Source: Deltaproteobacteria bacterium (GTDB taxonomy: Bacteria; Desulfobacterota; Dissulfuribacteria; Dissulfuribacterales; UBA3076). Taken from it: DNA of 51,955 nt. The position numbers and the translations under genes were made by a program. Positions 26,936 to 35,678 of the stretch are shown one piece after another. The notes below the pieces were generated by a model. That model searched no databases, was not told the DNA's origin, and worked only from the letters and a program-made list of their open reading frames with translations. Each line of letters begins with the position of its first letter. Within the stretch, counting starts at the first letter, position 1. The DNA lies in contig JAJSZR010000002.1 of assembly GCA_030262715.1 (NCBI GenBank), forward strand, positions 1 to 51,955. The letters are read 5' to 3'.

Positions 26936-28228
26936 CTATCTCCATTCATAGGTACCTCTCAGCCTAAAGAATATCAGGCTGTCCCGGAATTCATCCTCCT
27001 CATCAGAAGAGTTTCTCTCCAACTGGGTCAATTCAAGGGCACCTGAAAGCCAGGACAATATCTCATAGGACGTGCCTACCGAGATATCCCAGGTTTCATC
27101 TCTCGTGCGCTCTTCCTCCTCGGCCTTTTCATGCATGTACGAAGTTGATGCATATAGCTCGGTCCTTGGAGACATGCTGTAAGTGGTCGAAAGGGAAACA
27201 CCCTTGTATTCTGTAAAACCCTCGGTCTCTGCACCGGAATAATCTAACCTGTAGCCCCCTTCACCACTGAGAGTTACGGAGCCCCTGGAAAAACTGCGGA
27301 CCAGGTCAAGGCCATATAAAGGTCCCTTGTCTGACCCGGATTCCTTGGGATTATAAAAAAAGCACCCTAAAAAGCAGCTTAGAGAATACGATGGCCCAAA
27401 ATCATGATCAAAACCCGCGGCTATGCTTTGCACATTATAGTCATCATAGCGATCTCCTTCTTCCGCCGGGGCCTTAGACGAAAAAAGCACAAGCCCATAG
27501 TCCAAATGCAGCATAGTATGCGGAGACTGACGCCACTGATAGCCAAGGTCAATCTCATCGAATTGGTTAGATGGCTCTTCGTCTTCATAATCTATTCGGC
27601 TCCAGGAATAGCCCAAAATGAGACCGTGGCGACGGGTGAGCCAGTATTCAAGCTCCAAGCTGGGGCCATATTCAACATCATCTTCAATATCCGGATCAGT
27701 GTTTTTGAGACGGCTGTCAAGATACGATACGGTCACCCTGTCCTCTTGGCCAAATTGATAAGTAAACCCGGTATCCACCATGTTCCTGGAATACTCGTTC
27801 CTGGTCTCTCTTCGCCCGGTATATGCCGGATCCTCTTCCAGTGGTTCCTCAGACCTGTAGTAAGTATTCATTATATGCCAGGACAGGTTTCGGCTGAGCC
27901 GTTGATCCCAACTTAAGTCGGCCCCGTGCCCGATATAGTTATTCTCATCATGACTATTAAATCTATAGAGATTCATGATATAGCTGGCTGCAAAGGTCCT
28001 GTTTGCGCTGACCTCTTCCAACCTTAATTCAGGACTGAGCCTGGTTATAAAATCAGAGGTCTCATTATCAGAACTCAAGTATATGTTGCTGTCATAGCTT
28101 TCCTCAAGCTCAAGCGCTGGTAAAAAGCGCCACTCTGCCCATGAAGTCGCAGCAAATAAGACAGCAACCATAACCAGGATAAAGGCCCATCCTAAAAACC
28201 GCAAAGAACAAAAACCGAACGGCTTCAT
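26936..28228 (-). CDS. Outer-membrane beta-barrel protein of the EPS export locus
   Basis: Signal peptide, ESYDSNI..SDFIT, amphipathic strands, aromatic C-terminus; operon context. Confidence 0.8.
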   Translation of the reverse strand: MKPFGFCSLRFLGWAFILVMVAVLFAATSWAEWRFLPALELEESYDSNIYLSSDNETSDFITRLSPELRLEEVSANRTFAASYIMNLYRFNSHDENNYIGHGADLSWDQRLSRNLSWHIMNTYYRSEEPLEEDPAYTGRRETRNEYSRNMVDTGFTYQFGQEDRVTVSYLDSRLKNTDPDIEDDVEYGPSLELEYWLTRRHGLILGYSWSRIDYEDEEPSNQFDEIDLGYQWRQSPHTMLHLDYGLVLFSSKAPAEEGDRYDDYNVQSIAAGFDHDFGPSYSLSCFLGCFFYNPKESGSDKGPLYGLDLVRSFSRGSVTLSGEGGYRLDYSGAETEGFTEYKGVSLSTTYSMSPRTELYASTSYMHEKAEEEERTRDETWDISVGTSYEILSWLSGALELTQLERNSSDEEDEFRDSLIFFRLRGTYEWR

Positions 28229-28248
28229 GTCGATTTACCTCATAATAT

Positions 28249-28398
28249 TGTAACTTCTCAACAAGTTAGGGTGGATTACATTTTGCGACTATTCACTGGA
28301 TTCCGGCTTTCGCCGGAATAACGTTTGGATGTAAATACCCGTCATTCCTGCGAAAGCAGAAATCCAGACATCTTAACCTGAGTTATTGAGAAGTTACA
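28249..28398. repeat. Inverted-repeat element enclosing a pair of REP/dRS3-like palindromes
   Basis: 13-bp IR TGTAACTTCTCAA/TTGAGAAGTTACA; inner CTGGATTCCGGCTTTCGCCGGAATAACG faces CGTCATTCCTGCGAAAGCAGAAATCCAG. Confidence 0.75.
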
Positions 28399-28408
28399 TA
28401 AAATCGAA

Positions 28409-29056
28409 CTAAGGAACTATTATAGTATCACCTGGTTTTAAGACTATGTTTCTCTCCAGGTGCTTACCCTTTGAAACATTCTTGTAATCAAACTTTATGC
28501 GCGTTTGCTTGCCATTTTCCTTGCGCAGAATAACAACATCCCTTTTGTCTGCCCACTCTGCAAACCCTCCTGCCAGGGACAGTGCCTGAGGGACTGTCAG
28601 ATCCTGTTGAAGTGGATACTGGCCGGGAGATTCGACCTGTCCCAATACAAATATATTCTTGCTGTGTATTTCCTGGACAGCCACTGACACTGTAGGGGAT
28701 TCCACAAACTTAACCAACCCTTTCTCAATTCCGGCCTTTAGCTCCAGAGGAGTGAGTCCGGAGGCCTGCACATCATTCAATAAGGGCAAGGTTATTTTGC
28801 CATCAGGTCGTACAGGTATTGTGCGGGACAGGTCGGGTTCTCTCCAAACATGTATCTCAAGTATGTCTGCGGGACCAATGATGTACTCATCCTCCATAGA
28901 GGTTTTATCCTCTTTAGTATCATTTTTAGTATCATCAGTTGCTGCTATAGCTTGCCACATGGGACAAAAGAAGACGCTGACAACCAACAGAATTAGAATC
29001 GTCTCGCTTCTGAACCTAACCAAAGCCCACTGAAAAAATGAGCCTGTTTTCGCCAT
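28409..29056 (-). CDS. Polysaccharide export protein (Wza-like, Poly_export + SLBB)
   Basis: YIIGPADIL, VRPDGKITLPL, VLGQV, LKPGDTIIVP. Confidence 0.92.
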   Translation of the reverse strand: MAKTGSFFQWALVRFRSETILILLVVSVFFCPMWQAIAATDDTKNDTKEDKTSMEDEYIIGPADILEIHVWREPDLSRTIPVRPDGKITLPLLNDVQASGLTPLELKAGIEKGLVKFVESPTVSVAVQEIHSKNIFVLGQVESPGQYPLQQDLTVPQALSLAGGFAEWADKRDVVILRKENGKQTRIKFDYKNVSKGKHLERNIVLKPGDTIIVP

Positions 29057-29059
29057 CCT

Positions 29060-29371
29060 TTACTCCTTTCGCCCCTTAAGATATTCTTCCCACTCCATGG
29101 GCAACAGATATTTCTTGTTGTTATTGCATTCCTTACAGGCAGGCACCAGGTTGTTCTTAATGCTTCGACCCCCGCGAATCAGGGGAACCACATGATCCAT
29201 TGTAAGATTAGAGGGCCCTACGCGGCTTCCACAGTAAAAACAAACACCTTGAGCACACTTCTGGTGCCACCATCTGCTGCGCCTGATTTCTCTGGCCTTG
29301 GATTTTTCCCTCTCTATTGTCTCTTCGGCAATAAATACCGAAAAAAGAACTGTTTCTTTAACCTTCTTCAT
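29060..29371 (-). CDS. Small HNH endonuclease
   Basis: CFYCG...TMDHVVPLIRGG...NLVPACKECN. Confidence 0.9.
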   Translation of the reverse strand: MKKVKETVLFSVFIAEETIEREKSKAREIRRSRWWHQKCAQGVCFYCGSRVGPSNLTMDHVVPLIRGGRSIKNNLVPACKECNNNKKYLLPMEWEEYLKGRKE

Positions 29372-29525
29372 ACTATCTTACATATAGAACAGATGACAAA
29401 GTTTCGTTATTTTTATTTTATAACACAATCTACAATAAAAATACCCGCTTTCTTCAAAATGGGAAAGTATTCGATGTTGCATTAATTTAATTATTACAAA
29501 CGAAAAGGCACTATAAAAAAATATC

Positions 29526-30329
29526 ATGGATAAACGAGAATTAAGACGGCTGGAGAAGATACTTTTTGCAATGCTGGGACGGCGGCCGGATGCCTTTGGC
29601 ATGGTACTGGATGAAGGCGGATGGTTTTCCATCAAAGAGCTTCATCAGGCAGTTATGAAAGAAACGGGTTTCCCCCATATTACGCCAAGGGGCCTCACAC
29701 AATTCTTCTCCCTCTACAGACCAGAAAAATTCGAATGGCAGGAAAATCATGTCAGGGTGAGACCGGAATTGCAGGGCCCTGATCTTACCATATACAAAGA
29801 AGCTACACCCCCGGAATTACTTTACGTCACCATAAGACCAAAGGCTCACGCACACGTGATTGCTCGTGGACTACAATCAATCAATAACAAAAAGTGGATT
29901 GTATTATTTACAGAAAAGGAGATGGCTTTAAAAATCGGAATACGCAGAGACAGGGACCCAATTATAGCAGAGGTAATAGCACTCAAGAGTAATAAGGTAG
30001 GTGTAGTATACAGGAGAGCCGGCAAGCTTCTGTACCTTGTTGAAAGCCTGGATCCTCAGTGGATGAATATCCCGCCGCTTCCCCCTGTTCGAGAGAAGGA
30101 CAGATACAAAGAATCTAAATCCAGCGATTCCAAACCTGGCGGCAAAAAAATCCCAAAAGGCAGTGCCCCACCACTTGAGCAGATAGGGGCCTTTGTGCTC
30201 CGCAACATGCCTTCATACCATACGGTGTCATCTGAGCCTGGCAAAAGAAACAGGAATAACAAAAAATCCCGCAACCGTGACCCTGAATGGAAAAGGACCA
30301 GACACAGGAGAAAGAAGGGTGCAATTTAG
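29526..30329 (+). CDS. Divergent RNA 2'-phosphotransferase (Tpt1/KptA)-like protein
   Basis: LGRRPDAFGMVLDEGGW, PPELLY, ALKIGIRRD.DP, LYLVESL follow the KptA scaffold, but catalytic residues are altered. Confidence 0.7.
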   Translation: MDKRELRRLEKILFAMLGRRPDAFGMVLDEGGWFSIKELHQAVMKETGFPHITPRGLTQFFSLYRPEKFEWQENHVRVRPELQGPDLTIYKEATPPELLYVTIRPKAHAHVIARGLQSINNKKWIVLFTEKEMALKIGIRRDRDPIIAEVIALKSNKVGVVYRRAGKLLYLVESLDPQWMNIPPLPPVREKDRYKESKSSDSKPGGKKIPKGSAPPLEQIGAFVLRNMPSYHTVSSEPGKRNRNNKKSRNRDPEWKRTRHRRKKGAI

Positions 30330-30330
30330 C

Positions 30331-30551
30331 GGCATCCTTCACGACAAGTCAAAAGTAGTTTGCACTTTGTTGATCTTGTATTTTGGTAGTGAAATTTGAA
30401 ACTCGAAATTTGAAATTGGGAAAAACACAAAGATAAAGATATAGATGCGTTACCTAATTTCTAATTTCTAATTTCCAGTTTCGACATCGACATTCAATTC
30501 AATAATATACGCTTTTTCGAAAAAAGTGTAAACTGGTGAATGAAGGATGCC
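30331..30551 (+). mobile_element. ~220-bp MITE-like repeat, copy 3
   Basis: GGCATCCTTCA...TGAAGGATGCC perfect 11-bp TIR, starting just after the upstream stop codon; near-identical to copies 1 and 2. Confidence 0.85.
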
Positions 30552-30561
30552 AATATAGCTT

Positions 30562-31986
30562 ATGTGTAATCGTTTCTTTTATCTTTGCATTTTGATTTTT
30601 ACCTCTATCTTTTTGGCCTCTCCTGTCTCCGCAATGATGTCTGTTGAGGAAGAACGGGAAATGAGAGATAAATTGCTGCACATGGTTGAGTCCCAGGTCC
30701 CGCTGATAAAAGATCCGGAAATTGTCGGATATGTATCCGGTATAGGCCAAAAGGTGCTTGACCAGGTTGATGGTAAATTTTTTGACTATGAGTTTTTCGT
30801 CATACAAGACGATGGTCTGAACGCCTTTGCCATGCCTGGAGGTCTTGTGTTCGTACACACGGGCCTGCTCGAAGTCATAGATACTGAAAATGAGCTGTTG
30901 TGCGTTCTTGCCCATGAAACAGGTCACGTTCAGGGAAGACATATAGCCAGGCGCATGGAGCGAATGCAGCGGATAAACATAGCCACTGCCGCCATAGCCA
31001 TAGCCGGGCTCTTTTTGGGACAAGGACAGGTAGGTTCTGCTGTATTCGCAACTTCAGGCGCCCTAAATGCATCTATAGTCCTTAAATACAGTCGTGAAGA
31101 CGAAGAAGAGGCAGACCGGAGGGCGTGTCAGTGGGTATGCAAGGCTGGTTATGATCCCCGGGGGCTGGTTACGGTCTTAAAAAAAATGCAGAAATATCGC
31201 TGGCTCGGGACAAGCGCTATACCCAGTTACCTCTCCACCCACCCGGTAGACAGCGAGAGGATAACCTATCTGGAAGATCTCTGGGACAGGAAGCGATGCG
31301 TAGAAAAGTCCCCGGAAGATCAATTCAGGCTGAGAAAGATACAGGTCAAAACAAGGGTCTTAACCCATGATCCGATGGTCACGATAAAATACTACAAACA
31401 GGAACTCAGTGCCACTCCGGATGATATATTCCTCCTCTATGGTCTTGCCCAGTCGTTCCTTGCCGCCCGGGAATATGATGAGGCCCTGAAGACATTTGAC
31501 AATCTTGTGTCTTCAGCCCCGGAAAGGCCTGGGTTTAAGGTAGACCAAGGAAGGGCCTACTTTGCGGCGGGAAAATATCAAAAGGCCATCTCGATCATAG
31601 GTCCGTATAGCAAAAGACATCCCGGAGATTCAACTGCCAGGTTCTTTCTGGCCAGGTCGTATCTTGAGCAGGGAAAACCGGCTGAGGCCCTTCCCATACT
31701 CAAGACCCTGAAACAGTCCTGGCCTGATCCTGCAAGTATTTATTTGCAGTTGGGCAGGTGTTTCGCTGTCCTGGAAAAACAGGGTGAAGCCCACTACTAT
31801 TTCTACCTTCATTACAAGGCCATAGGAAATCAACGATCTGCCCAATATCACAAGAACAAGGCTATGGAGCTACTTCCGCCGGACAGCAAACTATATAATG
31901 ATATTAAATGCGATAAAAACCAGAAAAACCCGTATGAAAAAACGGGTGATAAAGAGGAAGTGCCTCAAAACAGTGAAGACCGATGA
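30562..31986 (+). CDS. M48 metalloprotease with TPR repeats (BepA/YfgC-like)
   Basis: Signal peptide, NAFAMPGG, HETGH, YSREDEEEAD, YLSTHP, C-terminal TPRs. Confidence 0.92.
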   Translation: MCNRFFYLCILIFTSIFLASPVSAMMSVEEEREMRDKLLHMVESQVPLIKDPEIVGYVSGIGQKVLDQVDGKFFDYEFFVIQDDGLNAFAMPGGLVFVHTGLLEVIDTENELLCVLAHETGHVQGRHIARRMERMQRINIATAAIAIAGLFLGQGQVGSAVFATSGALNASIVLKYSREDEEEADRRACQWVCKAGYDPRGLVTVLKKMQKYRWLGTSAIPSYLSTHPVDSERITYLEDLWDRKRCVEKSPEDQFRLRKIQVKTRVLTHDPMVTIKYYKQELSATPDDIFLLYGLAQSFLAAREYDEALKTFDNLVSSAPERPGFKVDQGRAYFAAGKYQKAISIIGPYSKRHPGDSTARFFLARSYLEQGKPAEALPILKTLKQSWPDPASIYLQLGRCFAVLEKQGEAHYYFYLHYKAIGNQRSAQYHKNKAMELLPPDSKLYNDIKCDKNQKNPYEKTGDKEEVPQNSEDR

Positions 31987-32477
31987 ATTTATCTATTTCT
32001 TTTTCCATAAAATCCTTTTTATTCGTGGTTTTCCTGGTTGTGCTCGCAGATCAGGTTACCAAAACATTGGTCGTCTCTAATCTCCGTCTTCATGAAGTGA
32101 GACCTGTTTTGCAAGGATTTTTTAACATCACTTACATAACCAACACAGGAGTTGCTTTTGGGTTTATGGCAGGATCCGGTAAATGGCGTCACATATTTCT
32201 CCAGATGGTAAGCGTAGTCGCCCTCGGTGGCTTATTTTACTTTTATTGCAACTCGCATTGTCGTAGCTATCCTCTTTTATGGGGAACCTCTCTGGTATTC
32301 GGCGGAGCGCTGGGAAACCTGATAGATAGAATCCGCTATAGATCTGTTATTGACTTTTTGGACTTCTATGCGGGTCCGTATCACTGGCCGGCCTTTAACA
32401 TCGCAGATTCTGCCATAACTATTGGCGGAGTTCTCCTGGCATGGCATTTCTTCCGCATTACCAACAAACAACCCTGA
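31983..32477 (+). CDS. lspA: Lipoprotein signal peptidase II
   Basis: DQVTK, NTGVAFG, GALGNLIDR, VIDF, PAFNIAD. Confidence 0.96.
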   Translation: MNLSISFSIKSFLFVVFLVVLADQVTKTLVVSNLRLHEVRPVLQGFFNITYITNTGVAFGFMAGSGKWRHIFLQMVSVVALGGLFYFYCNSHCRSYPLLWGTSLVFGGALGNLIDRIRYRSVIDFLDFYAGPYHWPAFNIADSAITIGGVLLAWHFFRITNKQP

Positions 32478-32526
32478 GAACTTATGGGAAGACGCGCTTT
32501 GGGTTGAGATGTTTTGAAGAAGACAT

Positions 32527-33351
32527 ATGAAAAGAATAGAAAGCTGCATGACAGAGTGCGGCCCTGAATTGGCAAACATTTTGGAAATGGCGGGGAAAGC
32601 CGCTCTGAGGGCCGGAAAGATCCTGAGGGAATTATACGGCAAACCTCACCAGATAAGGTATAAGGGTGATATAGATCTGGTCACAGAAGCTGACATCTCC
32701 TCAGAGAGCGCTATAATTGCCATGCTGAACAAGGCCAGGCTCCACGCTGAAATCCTTGCTGAAGAATCAAGATCTACCTATAACGAAATGCCGACTGGTC
32801 CGGTCTGGATCATGGACCCTCTTGATGGCACAACTAATTTTGTCCATGGCTTTCCATGGTTTGCCGTATCCATTGCCTATGCTGAAAAGGGCAGAAGTCA
32901 TGTGGGGGTCATATATTGTCCTATGCAGGATGAACTTTTTTGCGGATGCCTCAACAACGGAGCCTGGCTCAATGGCAAACCAATAAAGGTATCAGGGATT
33001 CCGGTTTTAGATAAATCCCTTCTGGCAACAGGCTTTCCCTATGATGTCCGTCAAAAACCCGCGAAAGTTATGTCCGCACTTGAAGCGGTTTTGATTAGAT
33101 CCCAGGGAGTCCGCCGGGCAGGGGCAGCTGCTCTGGATCTGGCTTATGTGGCCTGCGGCCGGCTGGACGGCTTCTGGGAGATTAAGCTCAAACCCTGGGA
33201 TACAGCCGCAGGCCAACTCCTGTTGGAGGAAGCTGGAGGTAAAATATCAGACTTTCGGGGTGGCAGCTATTCTCCGTTTATTCCGGAAATATTGGCAATG
33301 AATAGCCTGATCCATGAAGAGTTACTATCTATAATTAAAAACGTATTATAA
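32527..33351 (+). CDS. suhB: Inositol monophosphatase family protein
   Basis: DLVTEAD, DPLDGTTNF, GAAALDL, PWDTAAG. Confidence 0.93.
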   Translation: MKRIESCMTECGPELANILEMAGKAALRAGKILRELYGKPHQIRYKGDIDLVTEADISSESAIIAMLNKARLHAEILAEESRSTYNEMPTGPVWIMDPLDGTTNFVHGFPWFAVSIAYAEKGRSHVGVIYCPMQDELFCGCLNNGAWLNGKPIKVSGIPVLDKSLLATGFPYDVRQKPAKVMSALEAVLIRSQGVRRAGAAALDLAYVACGRLDGFWEIKLKPWDTAAGQLLLEEAGGKISDFRGGSYSPFIPEILAMNSLIHEELLSIIKNVL

Positions 33352-33374
33352 AAATATTTATTTTCAGAAAGGTA

Positions 33375-33427
33375 TTGCATTCCAAAAAAGCATAATTATA
33401 TTACCACTCGTCGTTAGCGAGTGCTAA
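33375..33427 (+). promoter_or_regulatory. sigma70 promoter and CIRCE (HrcA operator) of groESL
   Basis: TTGCAT-16-TATATT, then TTAcCACTC-N9-GAGTGCTAA at 33401-33427 (one mismatch to CIRCE). Confidence 0.9.
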
Positions 33428-33561
33428 TAAAACAGGGTTGGCCATCCTCTTAAATTAAACCGCTAACAAAAAGCTATTATATACTGACACCCAAGGTGGC
33501 AGTTCGTTATTTTAATTTTTTTATTCTGAATAATTTTATAGCAAAAAGGAGAAAAAATGCT

Positions 33562-33852
33562 ATGAAAATTCGTCCGTTGCATGACCGTATTTTGGTAACA
33601 CGCCTAAAAGAAGAAGAGAAGAGCAAGGGTGGAATTATCATCCCTGATACTGCAAAAGAAAAGCCGATTGAGGGAAAGGTCATCTCTACCGGGAACGGCA
33701 AGGTCCTTGAAAGCGGCGAGATCAAACCCCTGGATGTAAAAGAGGGGGATCGCATCCTATTTGGAAAATACTCCGGCACAGACGTAAAGATTGGCGGAGA
33801 AGAATATCTGATAATGAGGGAAGATGACGTCCTTGGCATTATTGAAGATTAG
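33562..33852 (+). CDS. groES: Co-chaperonin GroES
   Basis: [10 protein letters not shown]...[13 protein letters not shown]; GGAG RBS before ATG 33562. Confidence 0.98.
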   Translation: MKIRPLHDRILVTRLKEEEKSKGGIIIPDTAKEKPIEGKVISTGNGKVLESGEIKPLDVKEGDRILFGKYSGTDVKIGGEEYLIMREDDVLGIIED

Positions 33853-33922
33853 TTAAATTAAAAATATTTCATCAGGAAAAAATAGCGCTTATAATAACCG
33901 AACAACGGAGGTTAAGTAAACA

Positions 33923-35560
33923 ATGTCAGCCAAAGAAATTAAGTACAACATAAAGGCCAGGGAAGCCATGTTAACAGGTATAGATTCCCTGTCCAATGCA
34001 GTAAAGGTCACCCTTGGTCCCAAGGGCCGCAATGTCATCATTGAAAAATCCTTTGGGGCTCCTGTCATCACAAAGGATGGCGTTACCGTGGCCAAAGAGA
34101 TCGAGTTTGAGGACAAGTTTGAGAACATGGGCGCTCAAATGGTAAGGGAAGTAGCATCCAAGACCAGCGATGTTGCCGGTGATGGCACCACTACCGCAAC
34201 CATCCTCGCTCAGTCGATATATACAGAGGGTTCGAGGCTTGTGGCTGCCGGAATCAATCCCATGGCACTCAAGAGGGGAGTTGACAAGGCAGTTGGCGCT
34301 ATCGTAGACGGACTCAAAAAAATGAGCAAGCCAACCAAGGACCAGAAGGAGATTGCCCAGGTAGGTATGATATCCGCCAACAACGATCCCACCATTGGTA
34401 ACATCATTGCCGAGGCCATGGACAAGGTCGGCAAGGAAGGAGTCATTACGGTAGAAGAAGCCAAGGCCATGGAGACCTCACTTGATGTGGTGGAAGGCAT
34501 GCAGTTTGATCGCGGTTACAGCTCTCCCTATTTCGCAACTGACCCGGAAAAGATGGAGTGCGTATTGGGAGATCCCTATATCCTGATCCACGAGAAAAAG
34601 ATAAGCAACATGAAAGACCTTCTACCAATCCTTGAGCAAATCGCCAAGATGGGTAAGCCCCTCATGATCATATCCGAGGATGTTGAGGGCGAAGCCCTGG
34701 CTACCTTAGTAGTAAACAAGCTCCGGGGAACCCTCCAGGTTTGTGCAGTAAAGGCCCCTGGGTTTGGTGATAGGCGCAAGGCCATGATGGAGGATATTGC
34801 CATTTTGACTGGTGGCGAACTGGTAGCAGAAGACCTGGGTATTAAGCTTGAAAACGTATCTGTCAATGACCTCGGGACGGCAAAGAGAATTATAATCGAT
34901 AAAGACAACACCACTATTATTGATGGTGCCGGTTCCAAGGAAAAGATCGGGGGCCGTGTAAGGCAGATCCGCACACTGATCGATGAGACAACCTCAGACT
35001 ACGACCGGGAAAAGCTGCAAGAGCGTCTGGCCAAACTCATCGGAGGAGTGGCGGTCATTAACGTTGGGGCAGCCACTGAAACCGAAATGAAAGAAAAGAA
35101 GGCCAGGGTGGAAGATGCCCTTAACGCCACCAGGGCAGCAGTAGAAGAGGGAGTAATCCCCGGCGGTGGTACCGCCTACCTCCGCTGCATAGGTGCATTG
35201 GACGACATCAAGGTTGAGAACCATGATGAAGAGCTAGGGGTCAATATCATCCGCAGGGCCCTTGAAGAGCCTTTGCGGCAGATTGCCTGCAATGCAGGAC
35301 ATGAGGGCTCCGTTGTTGTTGAACACGTGAAGTCCAAGAGCGGAAATATTGGCTTCAACGCTGAAAAGGCTGAATACGAGGATCTTATGCAGGCCGGAAT
35401 CATTGACCCGACAAAGGTCTCCCGCATAGCACTTCAAAATGCTGCCAGCGTCTCCGGTCTGCTCATTACCACAGAGGCCATGGTCGCGGAGGTTCCCAAG
35501 GAGGAGCCGGCAATGGGTATGCCTCCCGGCGGCGGTATGCCCCCAGGTGGTATGATGTAA
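33923..35560 (+). CDS. groEL: Chaperonin GroEL
   Basis: [18 protein letters not shown]-rich tail. Confidence 0.99.
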   Translation: MSAKEIKYNIKAREAMLTGIDSLSNAVKVTLGPKGRNVIIEKSFGAPVITKDGVTVAKEIEFEDKFENMGAQMVREVASKTSDVAGDGTTTATILAQSIYTEGSRLVAAGINPMALKRGVDKAVGAIVDGLKKMSKPTKDQKEIAQVGMISANNDPTIGNIIAEAMDKVGKEGVITVEEAKAMETSLDVVEGMQFDRGYSSPYFATDPEKMECVLGDPYILIHEKKISNMKDLLPILEQIAKMGKPLMIISEDVEGEALATLVVNKLRGTLQVCAVKAPGFGDRRKAMMEDIAILTGGELVAEDLGIKLENVSVNDLGTAKRIIIDKDNTTIIDGAGSKEKIGGRVRQIRTLIDETTSDYDREKLQERLAKLIGGVAVINVGAATETEMKEKKARVEDALNATRAAVEEGVIPGGGTAYLRCIGALDDIKVENHDEELGVNIIRRALEEPLRQIACNAGHEGSVVVEHVKSKSGNIGFNAEKAEYEDLMQAGIIDPTKVSRIALQNAASVSGLLITTEAMVAEVPKEEPAMGMPPGGGMPPGGMM

Positions 35561-35616
35561 GACAGGTGAAAGCTATTGCAGGATCAGTTTTCTTAAACCC
35601 TGCAAGACAAAAACAT

Positions 35617-35654
35617 AAAGGCCTCTCTCACTTAACAGGGGGGCCTTTTCTTTT
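35617..35654. terminator. Rho-independent terminator between convergent groEL and rpoD
   Basis: AAAGGCCTCTCT-loop-AGGGGGGCCTTT followed by a T-rich tract. Confidence 0.75.
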
Positions 35655-35678
35655 ACACCGGATATTCCAAACCAAAGG

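Noticed and set aside
29060-29371. HNH as an RNA-guided or homing nuclease system
   Set aside because: It is a small stand-alone HNH coupled to the EPS operon, with only a 154-bp AT-rich upstream gap and no adjacent ncRNA, array or intron evident.
30499-31023. 174-aa minus-strand ORF and other long antisense ORFs over core genes
   Set aside because: They are shadow frames of well-supported genes with no recognisable motifs.
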